A stretch of DNA of 64,000 bases from Eledone cirrhosa (GCA_964016885.1 OZ024742.1:24552001-24616000), one strand, 5' to 3'. Counted from the stretch's first letter, positions 38,901 to 53,900 are shown. Notes: a model not told the origin generated them from the letters alone. Numbers and translations: made by a program.

Positions 38901-41900
38901 GTGTGGCTGAAGGTATGAAGTGACTACTGTGGATTGTGGCCTGTTGTTGTGAGGCTGAAGGTATGAGATGACTGCTGTGGTTTGTGGCTTGTTGTTGTGA
39001 GGCTGAAGGTATGAGATGACTGCTGTGGATTGTGGCCTGTTGCTGTAAGGCTGAAGGTATGTGATGACTGTTGTGGATTGTGGCCTGCTGCTGTAAGGCT
39101 GAAGGTATGTGATGACTGTTGTGGATTGTGGCCTGCTGCTGTAAGGCTGAAGGTATGAGATGACTGCTGTGGATTGTGGCCTGTTGCTGTAAGGCTGAAG
39201 GTATGTGATGACTGTTGTGGATTGTGGCCTGCTGCTGTAAGCTGAAGGTATGAGATGACTGCTGTGGATTGAGGCTTGTTGTTGTGAGGCTGAAGGTATG
39301 AGATGACTGCTGTGGATTGTGGCCTGTTGCTGTAAGGCTGAAGGTATGAGATGACTGCTGTGGATTGTGGCTTGTTGTTGTGAGGCTGAATGTATGAGAT
39401 GACTGCTGTGGATTGTGGCCTGCTTCTGTAAGGCTGAAGGTATGAGATGACTGCTGTGGATTGTGGCTTGTTGCTGTAAGGCTGAAGGTATGAGATGACT
39501 GCTGTGGATTGTGGCTTGTTGCTGTAAGGCTGAAGGTATGAGATGACTGCTGTGGATTGTGGCCTGTTGCTGTAAGGCTGAAGGTATGAGATGACTGCTG
39601 TGGATTGTGGCCTGCTGCTGTAAGGCTGAAGGTATGAGATGACTGCTGTGGATTGTGGCCTGCTGCTGTAAGGCTGAAGGTATGAGATGACTGCTGTGGA
39701 TTGTGGCTTGTTGCTGTAAGGCTGAAGGTATGAGATGACTGCTGTGGATTGTGGCCTGCTGCTGTAAGGCTGAAGGTATGAGATGACTGCTGTGGATTGT
39801 GGCCTGCTGCTGTAAGGCTGAAGGTATGAGATGACTGCTGTGGATTGTGGCCTGCTGCTGTAAGGCTGAAGGTATGAGATGACTGCTGTGGATTGTGGCT
39901 TGTTGCTGTAAGGCTGAAGGTATGAGATGACTGCTGTGGATTGTGGCCTGCTGCTGTAAGGCTGAAGGTATGAGATGACTGCTGTGGATTGTGGCCTGCT
40001 GCTGTAAGGCTGAAGGTATGAGATGACTGCTGTGGATTGTGGCTTGTTGTTGTGAGGCTGAAGGTATGAGATGACTGCTGTGGATTGTGGCTTGTTGCTG
40101 TAAGGCTGAAGGTATGAGATGACTGCTGTGGATTGTGGCCTGCTGCTGTAAGGCTGAAGGTATGAGATGACTGCTGTGGATTGTGGCCTGCTGCTGTAAG
40201 GCTGAAGGTATGAGATGACTGCTGTGGATTGTGGCTTGTTGTTGTGAGGCTGAATGTATGAGATGACTGCTGTGGATTGTGGCCTGCTGCTGTAAGGCTG
40301 AAGGTATGAGATGACTGCTGTGGATTGTGGCCTGCTGCTGTAAGGCTGAAGGTATGAGATGACCGCTGTGGATTGTGGCTTGTTATTGTGAGGCTGAAGG
40401 TATGAGATGAATGCTGTGGATTGTGGCCTGTTGCTGTAAGACTGAAGGTATGAGATGACTGCTGTGGATTGTGGCATGTTGCTGTGTGGCTGAATGTATG
40501 AGATGGCTGCTGTGGATCATGGCCTGTTGCTGAGTGACTGAATGTATGAGATGACTGCTGTGGATTGTGGCCTGGTGCTGAGTGGCTGAAGGTATGAGAT
40601 TACTGCTGTGGATTGTAGCCTGTTGCTGAGTGACTGAAGGTATGAGATGACTGCTGTGGATTGTGGCCTGTTGCTGTAGACTGAAGCTATGAGATGACCG
40701 CTCTGGAGTGTGGCCTGTTGCTGTAAGACTGAAGGTATGAGATGACTGCTGTGGATTGTGGCCTGTTGCTGTGTGGCTGAAGGCATGAGACAACTGCTGT
40801 GGATTGTGGCCTGTTGCTGTGTGGCTGAAGGTATGAGATGACTGCTGTGGATTGTGGCCAGTTGCTGTGTGGCTGAAGGTATGAGATGACTGCTGTGGAT
40901 TGTGGCCTGTTGCTGTGTTGCTGAAGGTATGAGATGACTGCTGTGGATTGTGGCCTGTTGCTGTGTGGCTGAAAGTATGAACTGACTGCTGTGGATTGAG
41001 GCTTTTTGTTGTGAGGCTGAAGGTATGAGATGACTGCTGTGGATTGTGGCTTGTTGTTGTGAGGCTGAAGGTATGAGATGACTGCTGTGGATTGTGGCTT
41101 GTTGTCGTGAGGCTGAAGGTATGAGATGACTGCTGTGGATTGTGGCCTGTTGCTGTAAGGCTGAAGGTATGAGATGACTGCTGTGGATTGTGGGCTGCTG
41201 CTGTAAGGCTGAAGGTATGAGATGACTGCTGTGGATTGTGGCTTGTTGTTGTGAGGCTGAATGTATGAGATGACTGCTGTGGATTGTGGCCTGCTGCTGT
41301 AAGGCTGAAGGTATGAGATGACTGCTGTGGATTGTGGCATGGTGCTGTAAGGCTGAAGGTATGAGATGACTGCTGTGGATTGTGGCCTGTTGCTGTAAGA
41401 CTGAAGGTATGAGATGACTGCTGTGGATTGTAGCCTGCTGCTGTAAGGCTGAAGGTATGAGATAACTACTGTGGATTGTGGCCTGCTGCTGTAAGGCTGA
41501 AGGTATGAGATCACTGCTGTGGATTGTGGCCTGTTGCTGTGAGGCTGAAGGTAGGAGATGACTGCTGTGGATTGTGTCCTGTTGCTGTTAGACTGAAACT
41601 ATGAGATGACTGCTGTGGATTGTGGCCTGTTGCTGTAAGACTGAAGCTATGAGATGACTGCTGTGGATTGTTGCCTGTTGCTGTAAGGCGGAAGCTATGA
41701 GATGAATGCTGTGGATTGTGGCCTGTTGCTGTGTGGCTGAAGGTATGAGCTAACTGCTGTGGATTGTGGCCTGTTGCTGTAAGCCTGAAGATATGAGATG
41801 ATGGCTCTGGATTGTGGCCTGTTGCTGTAAGGCTGAAGGTATGAGATGACTCTGTGGATTGTGGCCTGTTGCTGTGTGGCTGAAGGTATGAGATGACTGC

Positions 41901-43580
41901 TGTGGATTGTGGCCTGTTGCTGTAAGGCTGAAGGTATGAGATGACTGCTGTGGATTGTGGCCTGTTGCTGTAAGGCTGAAGGTATGAGATGACTGCTGTG
42001 GATTGTGGCCTGCTGCTGTAAGGCTGAAGGTATGAGATGACTGCTGTGGATTGTGGCCTGCTGCTGTAAGGCTGAAGGTGTGAGATGACTGCTGTGGATT
42101 GTCGCTTGTTGTTGTGAGGCTGAATGTATGAGATGACTGCTGTGGATTGTGGCCTGCTGCTGTAAGGCTGAAGGTATGAGATGACTGCTGTGGATTGTGG
42201 CCTGCTGCTGTAAGGCTGAAGGTATGAGATGACCGCTGTGGATTGTGGCTTGTTGTTGTGAGGCTGAAGGTATGAGATGACTGCTGTGGATTGTGGCTTG
42301 TTGTGAGGCTGAAGGTATGAGATGACTGCTGTGGATTGTGGCCTGTTGCTGTAAGACTGAAGGTATGAGATGACTGCTGTGGATTGTGGCATGTTGCTGT
42401 GTGGCTGAAGGTATGAGATGGCTGCTGTGGATTGTGGCCTGTTGCTAAGTGAATGAAGGTATGAGATGACTGCTGTGGTTTGTGGCCTGGTGCTGAGTGG
42501 CTGAAGGTATGAGATTGCTGCTGTGGATCGTGGCCTGTTGCTGAGTGACTGAAGGTATGAGATGACTGCTGTGGATTGTGGCCTGTTGCTGTAGACTGAA
42601 ATTATGAGATGACCGCTCTGGAGTGTGGCCTGTTGCTGTAAGACTGAAGGTATGAGATGACTGCTGTGGATTGTGGCCTGTTGCTGTGTGGCTGAAGGTA
42701 TGAGATCATTGCTGTGGATTGTGGCCTGTTGCTGTAAGGGTGAAGGTATGATATGACTACTGTGGATTGTGGCCTGTTGCTGTGTGGCTGAAGGCATGAG
42801 ACAACTGCTGTGGATTGTGGCCTGTTGCTGTGTGGCTGAAGGTATGAGATGACTGCTGTGGATTGTGGCCTGTTGCTGTGTGGCTGAAGGTATGAGATGA
42901 CTGCTGTGGATTGTGGCCTGTTGCTGTGTGGCTGAAGGTATGAAGTGACTACTGTGGATTGTGGCCTGTTGTTGTGAGGCTGAAGGTATGAGATGACTGC
43001 TGTGGTTTGTGGCTTGTTGTTGTGAGGCTGAAGGTATGAGATGACTGCTGTGGATTGTGGCCTGTTGCTGTAAGGCTGAAGGTATGTGATGACTGTTGTG
43101 GATTGTGGCCTGCTGCTGTAAGCTGAAGGTATGAGATGACTGCTGTGGATTGAGGCTTGTTGTTGTGAGGCTGAAGGTATGAGATGACTGCTGTGGATTG
43201 TGGCTTGTTGTTGTGAGGCTGAAGGTATGAGATGACTGCTGTGGATTGTGGCTTGTTGTCGTGAGGCTGAAGGTATGAGATGACTGCTGTGGATTGTGGC
43301 CAGTTGCTGTGTGGCTGAAGGTATGAGATGACTGCTGTGGATTGTGGCCTGTTGCTGTGTGGCTGAAGGTATGAAGTGACTACTGTGGATTGTGGCCTGT
43401 TGTTGTGAGGCTGAAGGTATGAGATGACTGCTGTGGTTTGTGGCTTGTTGTTGTGAGGCTGAAGGTATGAGATGACTGCTGTGGATTGTGGCCTGTTGCT
43501 GTAAGGCTGAAGGTATGTGATGACTGTTGTGGATTGTGGCCTGCTGCTGTAAGCTGAAGGTATGAGATGACTGCTGTGGA

Positions 43581-46500
43581 TTGAGGCTTGTTGTTGTGAG
43601 GCTGAAGGTATGAGATGACTGCTGTGGATTGTGGCTTGTTGTTGTGAGGCTGAAGGTATGAGATGACTGCTGTGGATTGTGGCTTGTTGTCGTGAGGCTG
43701 AAGGTATGAGATGACTGCTGTGGATTGTGGCCTGTTGCTGTAAGGCTGAAGGTATGAGATGACTGCTGTGGATTGTGGCCTGCTGCTGTAAGGCTGAAGG
43801 TATGAGATGACTGCTGTGGATTGTGGCTTGTTGTTGTGAGGCTGAATGTATGAGATGACTGCTGTGGATTGTGGCCTGCTGCTGTAAGGCTGAAGGTATG
43901 AGATGACTGCTGTGGATTGTGGCATGTTGCTGTAAGGCTGAAGGTATGAGATGACTGCTGTGGATTGTGGCCTGCTGCTGTAAGGCTGAAGGTATGAGAT
44001 GACTGCTGTGGATTGTGGCCTGCTGCTGTAAGGCTGAAGGTATGAGATGACTGCTGTGGATTGTGGCTTGTTGTTGTGAGGCTGAATGTATGAGATGACT
44101 GCTGTGGATTGTGGCCTGCTGCTGTAAGGCTGAAGGTATGAGATGACTGCTGTGGATTGTGGCCTGCTGCTGTAAGGCTGAAGGTATGAGATGACCGCTG
44201 TGGATTGTGGCTTGTTATTGTGAGGCTGAAGGTATGAGATGAATGCTGTGGATTGTGGCTTGTTGTTGTGAGGCTGAAGGTACGAGATGACTGCTGTGGA
44301 TTGTGGCCTGTTGCTGTAAGACTGAAGGTATGAGATGACTGCTGTGGATTGTGGCATGTTGCTGTGTGGCTGAAGGTATGAGATGGCTGCTGTGGATCAT
44401 GGCCTGTTGCTGAGTGACTGAAGGTATGAGATGACTGCTGTGGATTGTGGCCTGTTGCTGTAGACTGAAGCTATGAGATGACCGCTCTGGAGTGTGGCCT
44501 GTTGCTGTAAGACTGAAGGTATGAGATGACTGCTGTGGATTGTGGCCTGTTGCTGTGTGGCTGAAGGTATGAGATCATTGCTGTGGATTGTGGCCTGTTG
44601 CTGTAAGGGTGAAGGTATGATATGACTACTGTGGATTGTGGCCTGTTGCTGTGTGGCTGAAGGCATGAGACAACTGCTGTGGATTGTGGCCTGTTGCTGT
44701 GTGGCTGAAGGTATGAGATGACTGCTGTGGATTGTGGCCAGTTGCAGTGTGGCTGAAGGTATGAGATGACTGCCGTGGATTGTGGCCTGTTGCTGTGTTG
44801 CTGAAGGTATGAGATGACTGCTGTGGATTGTGGCCTGTTGCTGTGTGGCTGAAGGTATGTGATGACTGCTGTGGATTGTGGCTTGTTGTTGTGAGGCTGA
44901 AGGTATGAGATGACTGCTGTGGATTGTGGCTTGTTGTTGTGAGGCTGAAGGTATGAGATGACTGCTGTGGATTGTGGCTTGTTGTCGTGAGGCTGAAGGT
45001 ATGAGATGACTGCGGTGGATTGTGGCCTGTTGCTGTAAGGCTGAAGGTATGAGATGACTGCTGTGGATTGTGGGCTGCTGCTGTAAGGCTGAAGGTATGA
45101 GATGACTGCTGTGGATTGTGGCTTGTTGTTGTGAGGCTGAATGTATGAGATGACTGCTGTGGATTGTGGCCTGCTGCTGTAAGGCTGAAGGTATGAGATG
45201 ACTGCTGTGGATTGTGGCATGGTGCTGTAAGGCTGAAGGTATGAGATGACTGCTGTGGATTGTGGCCTGTTGCTGTAAGACTGAAGGTATGAGATGACTG
45301 CTGTGGATTGTAGCCTGCTGCTGTAAGGCTGAAGGTATGAGATAACTACTGTGGATTGTGGCCTGCTGCTGTAAGGCTGAAGGTATGAGATCACTGCTGT
45401 GGATTGTGGCCTGTTGCTGTGAGGCTGAATCTATGAGATGACTGCTGTGGATTGTGGCCTGTTGTTGTAAGGCTGAAGGTAGGAGATGACTGCTGTGGAT
45501 TGTGTCCTGTTGCTGTTAGACTGAAACTATGAGATGACTGCTGTGGATTGTGGCCTGTTGCTGTAAGACTGAAGCTATGAGATGACTGCTGTGGATTGTT
45601 GCCTGTTGCTGTAAGGCGGAAGCTATGAGATGAATGCTGTGGATTGTGGCCTGTTGCTGTGTGGCTGAAGGTATGAGCTAACTGCTGTGGATTGTGGCCT
45701 GTTGCTGTAAGCCTGAAGATATGAGATGATGGCTCTGGATTGTGGCCTGTTGCTGTAAGGCTGAAGGTATGAGATGACTCTGTGGATTGTGGCCTGTTGC
45801 TGTGTGGCTGAAGGTATGAGATGACTGCTGTGGATTGTGGCCTGTTGCTGTAAGGCTGAAGGTATGAGATGACTGCTGTGGATTGTGGATTGTTGTGAGG
45901 CTGAAGGTACGAGATGACTGCAGTGGATTGTGGCTTGTCGCTGTGAGGTTGAAGGTATGAGATGACTGCTGTGGATTGTGGCCTGTTGCTGTAAGGCTGA
46001 AGGTATGAGATGACTGCTGTGGACTGTGGCCTGTTGCTGTAAGGCTGAAGGTAGGAGATGACTGCTGTGGATTGTGGCCTGTTTCTGTAAGACTGAAGCT
46101 ATGAGATGACTGTTGTGGATTGTGGCCTGTTGCTGTAAGACTGAAGCTATGAGATGACTGCTGTGGATTGTTGCCTGTTGCTGTAAGGTGGAAGCTATGA
46201 GATGAATGCTGTGGATTGTGGCCTGTTGCTGTGTGGCTGAAGGTATGAGCTAACTGCTGTGGATTGTGGCCTGTTGCTGTAAGCCTGAAGATATGAGATG
46301 ACGGCTCTGGATTGTGGCCTGTTGTTGTAAGCCTGAAGGTATGAGATGACTCTGTGGATTGTGCCCTGTTGCTGTGTGGCTGAAGTTATGAGATGACTGC
46401 TGTGGATTGTGGCATGTTGCTGTGTGGCTGAAGGTATGAGATGACTGCTGTGGATTGTGGCCTGTTGCTGTAAGCCTGAAGATATGAGATGACTCTGTGG

Positions 46501-49500
46501 ATTGTGGCCTGTTGCTGTGTGGCTGAATGTATGAGATGACTGCTGTGGATTGTGGCATGTTGCTGTGTGGCTGAAGGTATGAGATGACTGCTGTGGATTG
46601 TGGCCTGCTGCTGTAAGACTGAAGGTATGAGATGACTGCTGTGGATTGTGGCCTGCTGCTGTAAGGCTGAAGGTATGAGATGACTGCTGTGGATTGTGGC
46701 TTGTTGTTGTGAGGCTGAAGGTATGAGATGACTGCTGTGGATTGTGGCTTGTTGTCGTGAGGCTGAAGGTATGATATGACTGCTGTGGATTGTGGCCTGT
46801 TGCTGTAAGGCTGAAGGTATGAGATGACTGCTGTGGATTGTGGCCTGCTGCTGTAAGGCTGAAGGTATGAGATGACTGCTGTGGATTGTGGCCTGCTGCT
46901 GTAAGGCTGAAGGTATGAGATGACTGCTGTGGATTGTGGCTTGTTGTTGTGAGGCTGAATGTATGAGATGACTGCTGTGGATTGTGGCCTGCTGCTGTAA
47001 GGCTGAAGGTATGAGATGACTGCTGTGGATTGTGGCCTGTTGCTGTAAGGCTGAATGTATAAGATGACCGCTGTGGATTGTGGCTTGTTGTTGTGAGGCT
47101 GAAGGTATGAGATGACTGGTGTGGATTGTGGCATGTTGCTATGTGGCTGAAGGTATGAGATGACTGCTGTGGTTTGAGGCTTGTTGTTGTGAGGCTGAAG
47201 GTATGAGATGACTGCTGTGGATTGTGGCTTGTTGTTGTGAGGCTGAAGGTATGAGATGACTGCTGTGGATTGTGGCTTGTTGTCGTGAGGCTGAAGGTAT
47301 GAGATGACTGCTGTGGATTGTGGCCTGTTGCTGTAAGGCTGAAGGTATGAGATGACTGCTGTGGATTGTGGCCTGCTGCTGTAAGGCTGAAGGTATGAGA
47401 TGACTGCTGTGGATTGTGGCTTGTTGTTGTGAGGCTGAATGTATGAGATGACTGCTGTGGATTGTGGCCTGCTGCTGTAAGGCTGAAGGTATGAGATGAC
47501 TGCTGTGGATTGTGGCATGTTGCTGTAAGGCTGAAGGTATGAGATGACTGCTGTGGATTGTGGCCTGCTGCTGTAAGGCTGAAGGTATGAGATGACTGCT
47601 GTGGATTGTGGCCTGCTGCTGTAAGGCTGAAGGTATGAGATGACTGCTGTGGATTGTGGCTTGTTGTTGTGAGGCTGAATGTATGAGATGACTGCTGTGG
47701 ATTGTGGCCTGCTGCTGTAAGGCTGAAGGTATGAGATGACTGCTGTGGATTGTGGCCTGCTGCTGTAAGGCTGAAGGTATGAGATGACCGCTGTGGATTG
47801 TGGCTTGTTATTGTGAGGCTGAAGGTATGAGATGAATGCTGTGGATTGTGGCTTGTTGTTGTGAGGCTGAAGGTACGAGATGACTGCTGTGGATTGTGGC
47901 CTGTTGCTGTAAGACTGAAGGTATGAGATGACTGCTGTGGATTGTGGCATGTTGCTGTGTGGCTGAAGGTATGAGATGGCTGCTGTGGATCATGGCCTGT
48001 TGCTGAGTGACTGAAGGTATGAGATGACTGCTGTGGATTGTGGCCTGTTGCTGTAGACTGAAGCTATGAGATGACCGCTCTGGAGTGTGGCCTGTTGCTG
48101 TAAGACTGAAGGTATGAGATGACTGCTGTGGATTGTGGCCTGTTGCTGTGTGGCTGAAGGTATGAGATCATTGCTGTGGATTGTGGCCTGTTGCTGTAAG
48201 GGTGAAGGTATGATATGACTACTGTGGATTGTGGCCTGTTGCTGTGTGGCTGAAGGCATGAGACAACTGCTGTGGATTGTGGCCTGTTGCTGTGTGGCTG
48301 AAGGTATGAGATGACTGCTGTGGATTGTGGCCAGTTGCAGTGTGGCTGAAGGTATGAGATGACTGCCGTGGATTGTGGCCTGTTGCTGTGTTGCTGAAGG
48401 TATGAGATGACTGCTGTGGATTGTGGCCTGTTGCTGTGTGGCTGAAGGTATGTGATGACTGCTGTGGATTGTGGCTTGTTGTTGTGAGGCTGAAGGTATG
48501 AGATGACTGCTGTGGATTGTGGCTTGTTGTTGTGAGGCTGAAGGTATGAGATGACTGCTGTGGATTGTGGCTTGTTGTCGTGAGGCTGAAGGTATGAGAT
48601 GACTGCGGTGGATTGTGGCCTGTTGCTGTAAGGCTGAAGGTATGAGATGACTGCTGTGGATTGTGGGCTGCTGCTGTAAGGCTGAAGGTATGAGATGACT
48701 GCTGTGGATTGTGGCTTGTTGTTGTGAGGCTGAATGTATGAGATGACTGCTGTGGATTGTGGCCTGCTGCTGTAAGGCTGAAGGTATGAGATGACTGCTG
48801 TGGATTGTGGCATGGTGCTGTAAGGCTGAAGGTATGAGATGACTGCTGTGGATTGTGGCCTGTTGCTGTAAGACTGAAGGTATGAGATGACTGCTGTGGA
48901 TTGTAGCCTGCTGCTGTAAGGCTGAAGGTATGAGATAACTACTGTGGATTGTGGCCTGCTGCTGTAAGGCTGAAGGTATGAGATCACTGCTGTGGATTGT
49001 GGCCTGTTGCTGTGAGGCTGAATCTATGAGATGACTGCTGTGGATTGTGGCCTGTTGTTGTAAGGCTGAAGGTAGGAGATGACTGCTGTGGATTGTGTCC
49101 TGTTGCTGTTAGACTGAAACTATGAGATGACTGCTGTGGATTGTGGCCTGTTGCTGTAAGACTGAAGCTATGAGATGACTGCTGTGGATTGTTGCCTGTT
49201 GCTGTAAGGCGGAAGCTATGAGATGAATGCTGTGGATTGTGGCCTGTTGCTGTGTGGCTGAAGGTATGAGCTAACTGCTGTGGATTGTGGCCTGTTGCTG
49301 TAAGCCTGAAGATATGAGATGATGGCTCTGGATTGTGGCCTGTTGCTGTAAGGCTGAAGGTATGAGATGACTCTGTGGATTGTGGCCTGTTGCTGTGTGG
49401 CTGAAGGTATGAGATGACTGCTGTGGATTGTGGCCTGTTGCTGTAAGGCTGAAGGTATGAGATGACTGCTGTGGATTGTGGATTGTTGTGAGGCTGAAGG

Positions 49501-50766
49501 TACGAGATGACTGCAGTGGATTGTGGCTTGTCGCTGTGAGGTTGAAGGTATGAGATGACTGCTGTGGATTGTGGCCTGTTGCTGTAAGGCTGAAGGTATG
49601 AGATGACTGCTGTGGACTGTGGCCTGTTGCTGTAAGGCTGAAGGTAGGAGATGACTGCTGTGGATTGTGGCCTGTTTCTGTAAGACTGAAGCTATGAGAT
49701 GACTGTTGTGGATTGTGGCCTGTTGCTGTAAGACTGAAGCTATGAGATGACTGCTGTGGATTGTTGCCTGTTGCTGTAAGGTGGAAGCTATGAGATGAAT
49801 GCTGTGGATTGTGGCCTGTTGCTGTGTGGCTGAAGGTATGAGCTAACTGCTGTGGATTGTGGCCTGTTGCTGTAAGCCTGAAGATATGAGATGACGGCTC
49901 TGGATTGTGGCCTGTTGTTGTAAGCCTGAAGGTATGAGATGACTCTGTGGATTGTGCCCTGTTGCTGTGTGGCTGAAGTTATGAGATGACTGCTGTGGAT
50001 TGTGGCATGTTGCTGTGTGGCTGAAGGTATGAGATGACTGCTGTGGATTGTGGCCTGTTGCTGTAAGCCTGAAGATATGAGATGACTCTGTGGATTGTGG
50101 CCTGTTGCTGTGTGGCTGAATGTATGAGATGACTGCTGTGGATTGTGGCATGTTGCTGTGTGGCTGAAGGTATGAGATGACTGCTGTGGATTGTGGCCTG
50201 CTGCTGTAAGACTGAAGGTATGAGATGACTGCTGTGGATTGTGGCCTGCTGCTGTAAGGCTGAAGGTATGAGATGACTGCTGTGGATTGTGGCTTGTTGT
50301 TGTGAGGCTGAAGGTATGAGATGACTGCTGTGGATTGTGGCTTGTTGTCGTGAGGCTGAAGGTATGATATGACTGCTGTGGATTGTGGCCTGTTGCTGTA
50401 AGGCTGAAGGTATGAGATGACTGCTGTGGATTGTGGCCTGCTGCTGTAAGGCTGAAGGTATGAGATGACTGCTGTGGATTGTGGCCTGCTGCTGTAAGGC
50501 TGAAGGTATGAGATGACTGCTGTGGATTGTGGCTTGTTGTTGTGAGGCTGAATGTATGAGATGACTGCTGTGGATTGTGGCCTGCTGCTGTAAGGCTGAA
50601 GGTATGAGATGACTGCTGTGGATTGTGGCCTGTTGCTGTAAGGCTGAATGTATAAGATGACCGCTGTGGATTGTGGCTTGTTGTTGTGAGGCTGAAGGTA
50701 TGAGATGACTGGTGTGGATTGTGGCATGTTGCTATGTGGCTGAAGGTATGAGATGACTGCTGTGGA
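43581..50766. repeat. Tandem duplication of a 3593-bp higher-order unit (2 copies)
   Basis: ORFs 44215/47808, 44397/47990, 44471/48064 and 46250/49843 are all +3593. Identity starts after 43580/47173 and ends at 47173/50766. Confidence 0.92.
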
Positions 50767-50904
50767 TTGTGGCCTGTTGCTGAGTGACTGAAGGTATGAG
50801 ATGACTGCTGTGGATTGTGGCCTGTTGCTGAGTGAGTGAAGGTATGAGATGACTGCTGTGGATTGTGGCCTGTTGCTGAGTAAGTGAAGGTATGAGATGA
50901 CTGC

Positions 50905-53900
50905 TGTGGATTGTGGCCTGTTGCTGTAAGACTGAAGGTATGAGATGACTCTGTGGATTGTTGCCTGTTGCTGTGTGGCTGAAGGTATGAGATTACTGCT
51001 GTGAATTGTGGCATGTTGCTGTGTGGCTGAAGGTATGAGATTACTGCTGTGGATTGTGGCCTGTTGCTGAGTGAGTGAAGGTATGAGATGACTGCTGTGG
51101 ATTGTGGCCTGTTGCTGAGTGAGTGAAGGTATGAGATGACTGCTCTGGAGTGTGGCCTGTTGCTGTAAGACTGAAGGTATGAGATGACTGCTGTGGATTG
51201 TGGCCTGTTGCTGTGTGTCTGAAGGTATGAGATGACTGCTGTGGATTGTGGCCTGTTGCTGTAAGCCTGAAGATATGAGATGACTCTGTGGATTGTGGCC
51301 TGTTGCTGTGTGGCTGAATGTATGAGATGACTGCTGTGGATTGTGGCTTGTTGTTGTGAGGCTGAAGGTATGAGATGACTGCTGTGGATTGTGGCTTGTT
51401 GTCGTGAGGCTGAAGGTATGATATGACTGCTGTGGATTGTGGCCTGTTGCTGTAAGGCTGAAGGTATGAGATGACTGCTGTGGATTGTGGCCTGCTGCTG
51501 TAAGGCTGAAGGTATGAGATGACTGCTGTGGATTGTGGCCTGCTGCTGTAAGGCTGAAGGTATGAGATGACTGCTGTGGATTGTGGCTTGTTGTTGTGTG
51601 GCTGAAGGTATGAGATGACTGCTGTGGATTGTGGCCTGTTGCTGTGTGGCTGAAGGTATGAAGTGACTACTGTGGATTGTGGCCTGTTGTTGTGAGGCTG
51701 AAGGTATGAGATGACTGCTGTGGATTGTGGCTTGTTGTTGTGTGGCTGAAGGTATGAGATGACTGCTGTGGATTGTGGCCTGTTGCTGTGTGGCTGAAGG
51801 TATGAAGTGACTACTGTTGATTGTGGCCTGTTGTTGTGAGGCTGAAGGTATGAGATGACTGCTGTTGTTTGTGGCTTGTTGTTGTGAGGCTGAAGGTATG
51901 AGATGACTGCTGTGGATTGTGGCCTGTTGCTGTAAGGCTGAAGGTATGTGATGACTGTTGTGGATTGTGGCCTGCTGCTGTAAGCTGAAGGTATGAGATG
52001 ACTGCTGTGGATTGAGGCTTGTTGTTGTGAGGCTGAAGGTATGAGATGACTGCTGTGGATTGTGGCTTGTTGTTGTGAGGCTGGAGGTATGAGATGACTG
52101 CTGTGGATTGTGGCTTGTTGTCGTGAGGCTGAAGGTATGAGATGACTGCTGTGGATTGTGGCCTGTTGCTGTAAGGCTGAAGGTATGAGATGACTGCTGT
52201 GGATTGTGGCCTGCTGCTGTAAGGCTGAAGGTATGAGATGACTGCTGTGGATTGTGGCTTGTTGTTGTGAGGCTGAATGTATGAGATGACTGCTGTGGAT
52301 TGTGGCCTGCTGCTGTAAGGCTGAAGGTATGAGATGACTGCTGTGGATTGTGGCCTGTTGCTGTAAGGCTGAAGGTATGAGATGACTGCTGTGGATTGTG
52401 GCCTGCTGCTGTAAGGCTGAAGGTATGAGATGACTGCTGTGGATTGTGGCCTGCTGCTGTAAGGCTGAAGGTATGAGATGACTGCTGTGGATTGTGGCTT
52501 GTTGTTGTGAGGCTGAATGTATGAGATGACTGCTGTGGATTGTGGCCTGCTGCTGTAAGGCTGAAGGTATGAGATGACTGCTGTGGATTGTGGCCTGCTG
52601 CTGTAAGGCTGAAGGTATGAGATGACCGCTGTGGATTGTGGCTTGTTATTGTGAGGCTGAAGGTATGAGATGAATGCTGTGGATTGTGGCTTGTTGTTGT
52701 GAGGCTGAAGGTACGAGATGACTGCTGTGGATTGTGGCCTGTTGCTGTAAGACTGAAGGTATGAGATGACTGCTGTGGATTGTGGCATGTTGCTGTGTGG
52801 CTGAATGTATGAGATGGCTGCTGTGGATCATGGCCTGTTGCTGAGTGACTGAAGGTATGAGATGACTGCTGTGGATTGTGGCCTGGTGCTGAGTGGCTGA
52901 AGGTATGAGATTACTGCTGTGGATTGTAGCCTGTTGCTGAGTGACTGAAGGTATGAGATGACTGCCGTGGATTGTGGCCGGTTGCTGTAGACTGAAGCTA
53001 TGAGATGACCGCTCTGGAGTGTGGCCTGTTGCTGTAAGACTGAAGGTATGAGATGACTGCTGTGGATTGTGGCCTGTTGCTGTGTGGCTGAAGGTATGAG
53101 ATCATTGCTGTGGATTGTGGCCTGTTGCTGTAAGGGTGAAGGTATGATATGACTACTGTGGATTGTGGCCTGTTGCTGTGTGGCTGAAGGCATGAGACAA
53201 CTGCTGTGGATTGTGGCCTGTTGCTGTGTGGCTGAAGGTATGAGATGACTGCTGTGGATTGTGGCCAGTTGCTGTGTGGCTGAAGGTATGAGATGACTGC
53301 CGTGGATTGTGGCCTGTTGCTGTGTTGCTGAAGGTATGAGATGACTGCTGTGGATTGTGGCCTGTTGCTGTGTGGCTGAAAGTATGAACTGACTGCTGTG
53401 GATTGAGGCTTTTTGTTGTGAGGCTGAAGGTATGAGATGACTGCTGTGGATTGTGGCTTGTTGTTGTGAGGCTGAAGGTATGAGATGACTGCTGTGGATT
53501 GTGGCTTGTTGTCGTGAGGCTGAAGGTATGAGATGACTGCTGTGGATTGTGGCCTGTTGCTGTAAGGCTGAAGGTATGAGATGACTGCTGTGGATTGTGG
53601 CTTGTTGTTGTGAGGCTGAAGGTATGAGATGACTGCTGTGGATTGTGGCTTGTTGTCGTGAGGCTGAAGGTATGAGATGACTGCTGTGGATTGTGGGCTG
53701 CTGCTGTAAGGCTGAAGGTATGAGATGACTGCTGTGGATTGTGGCTTGTTGTTGTGAGGCTGAATGTATGAGATGACTGCTGTGGATTGTGGCCTGCTGC
53801 TGTAAGGCTGAAGGTATGAGATGACTGCTGTGGATTGTGGCATGGTGCTGTAAGGCTGAAGGTATGAGATGACTGCTGTGGATTGTGGCCTGTTGCTGTA

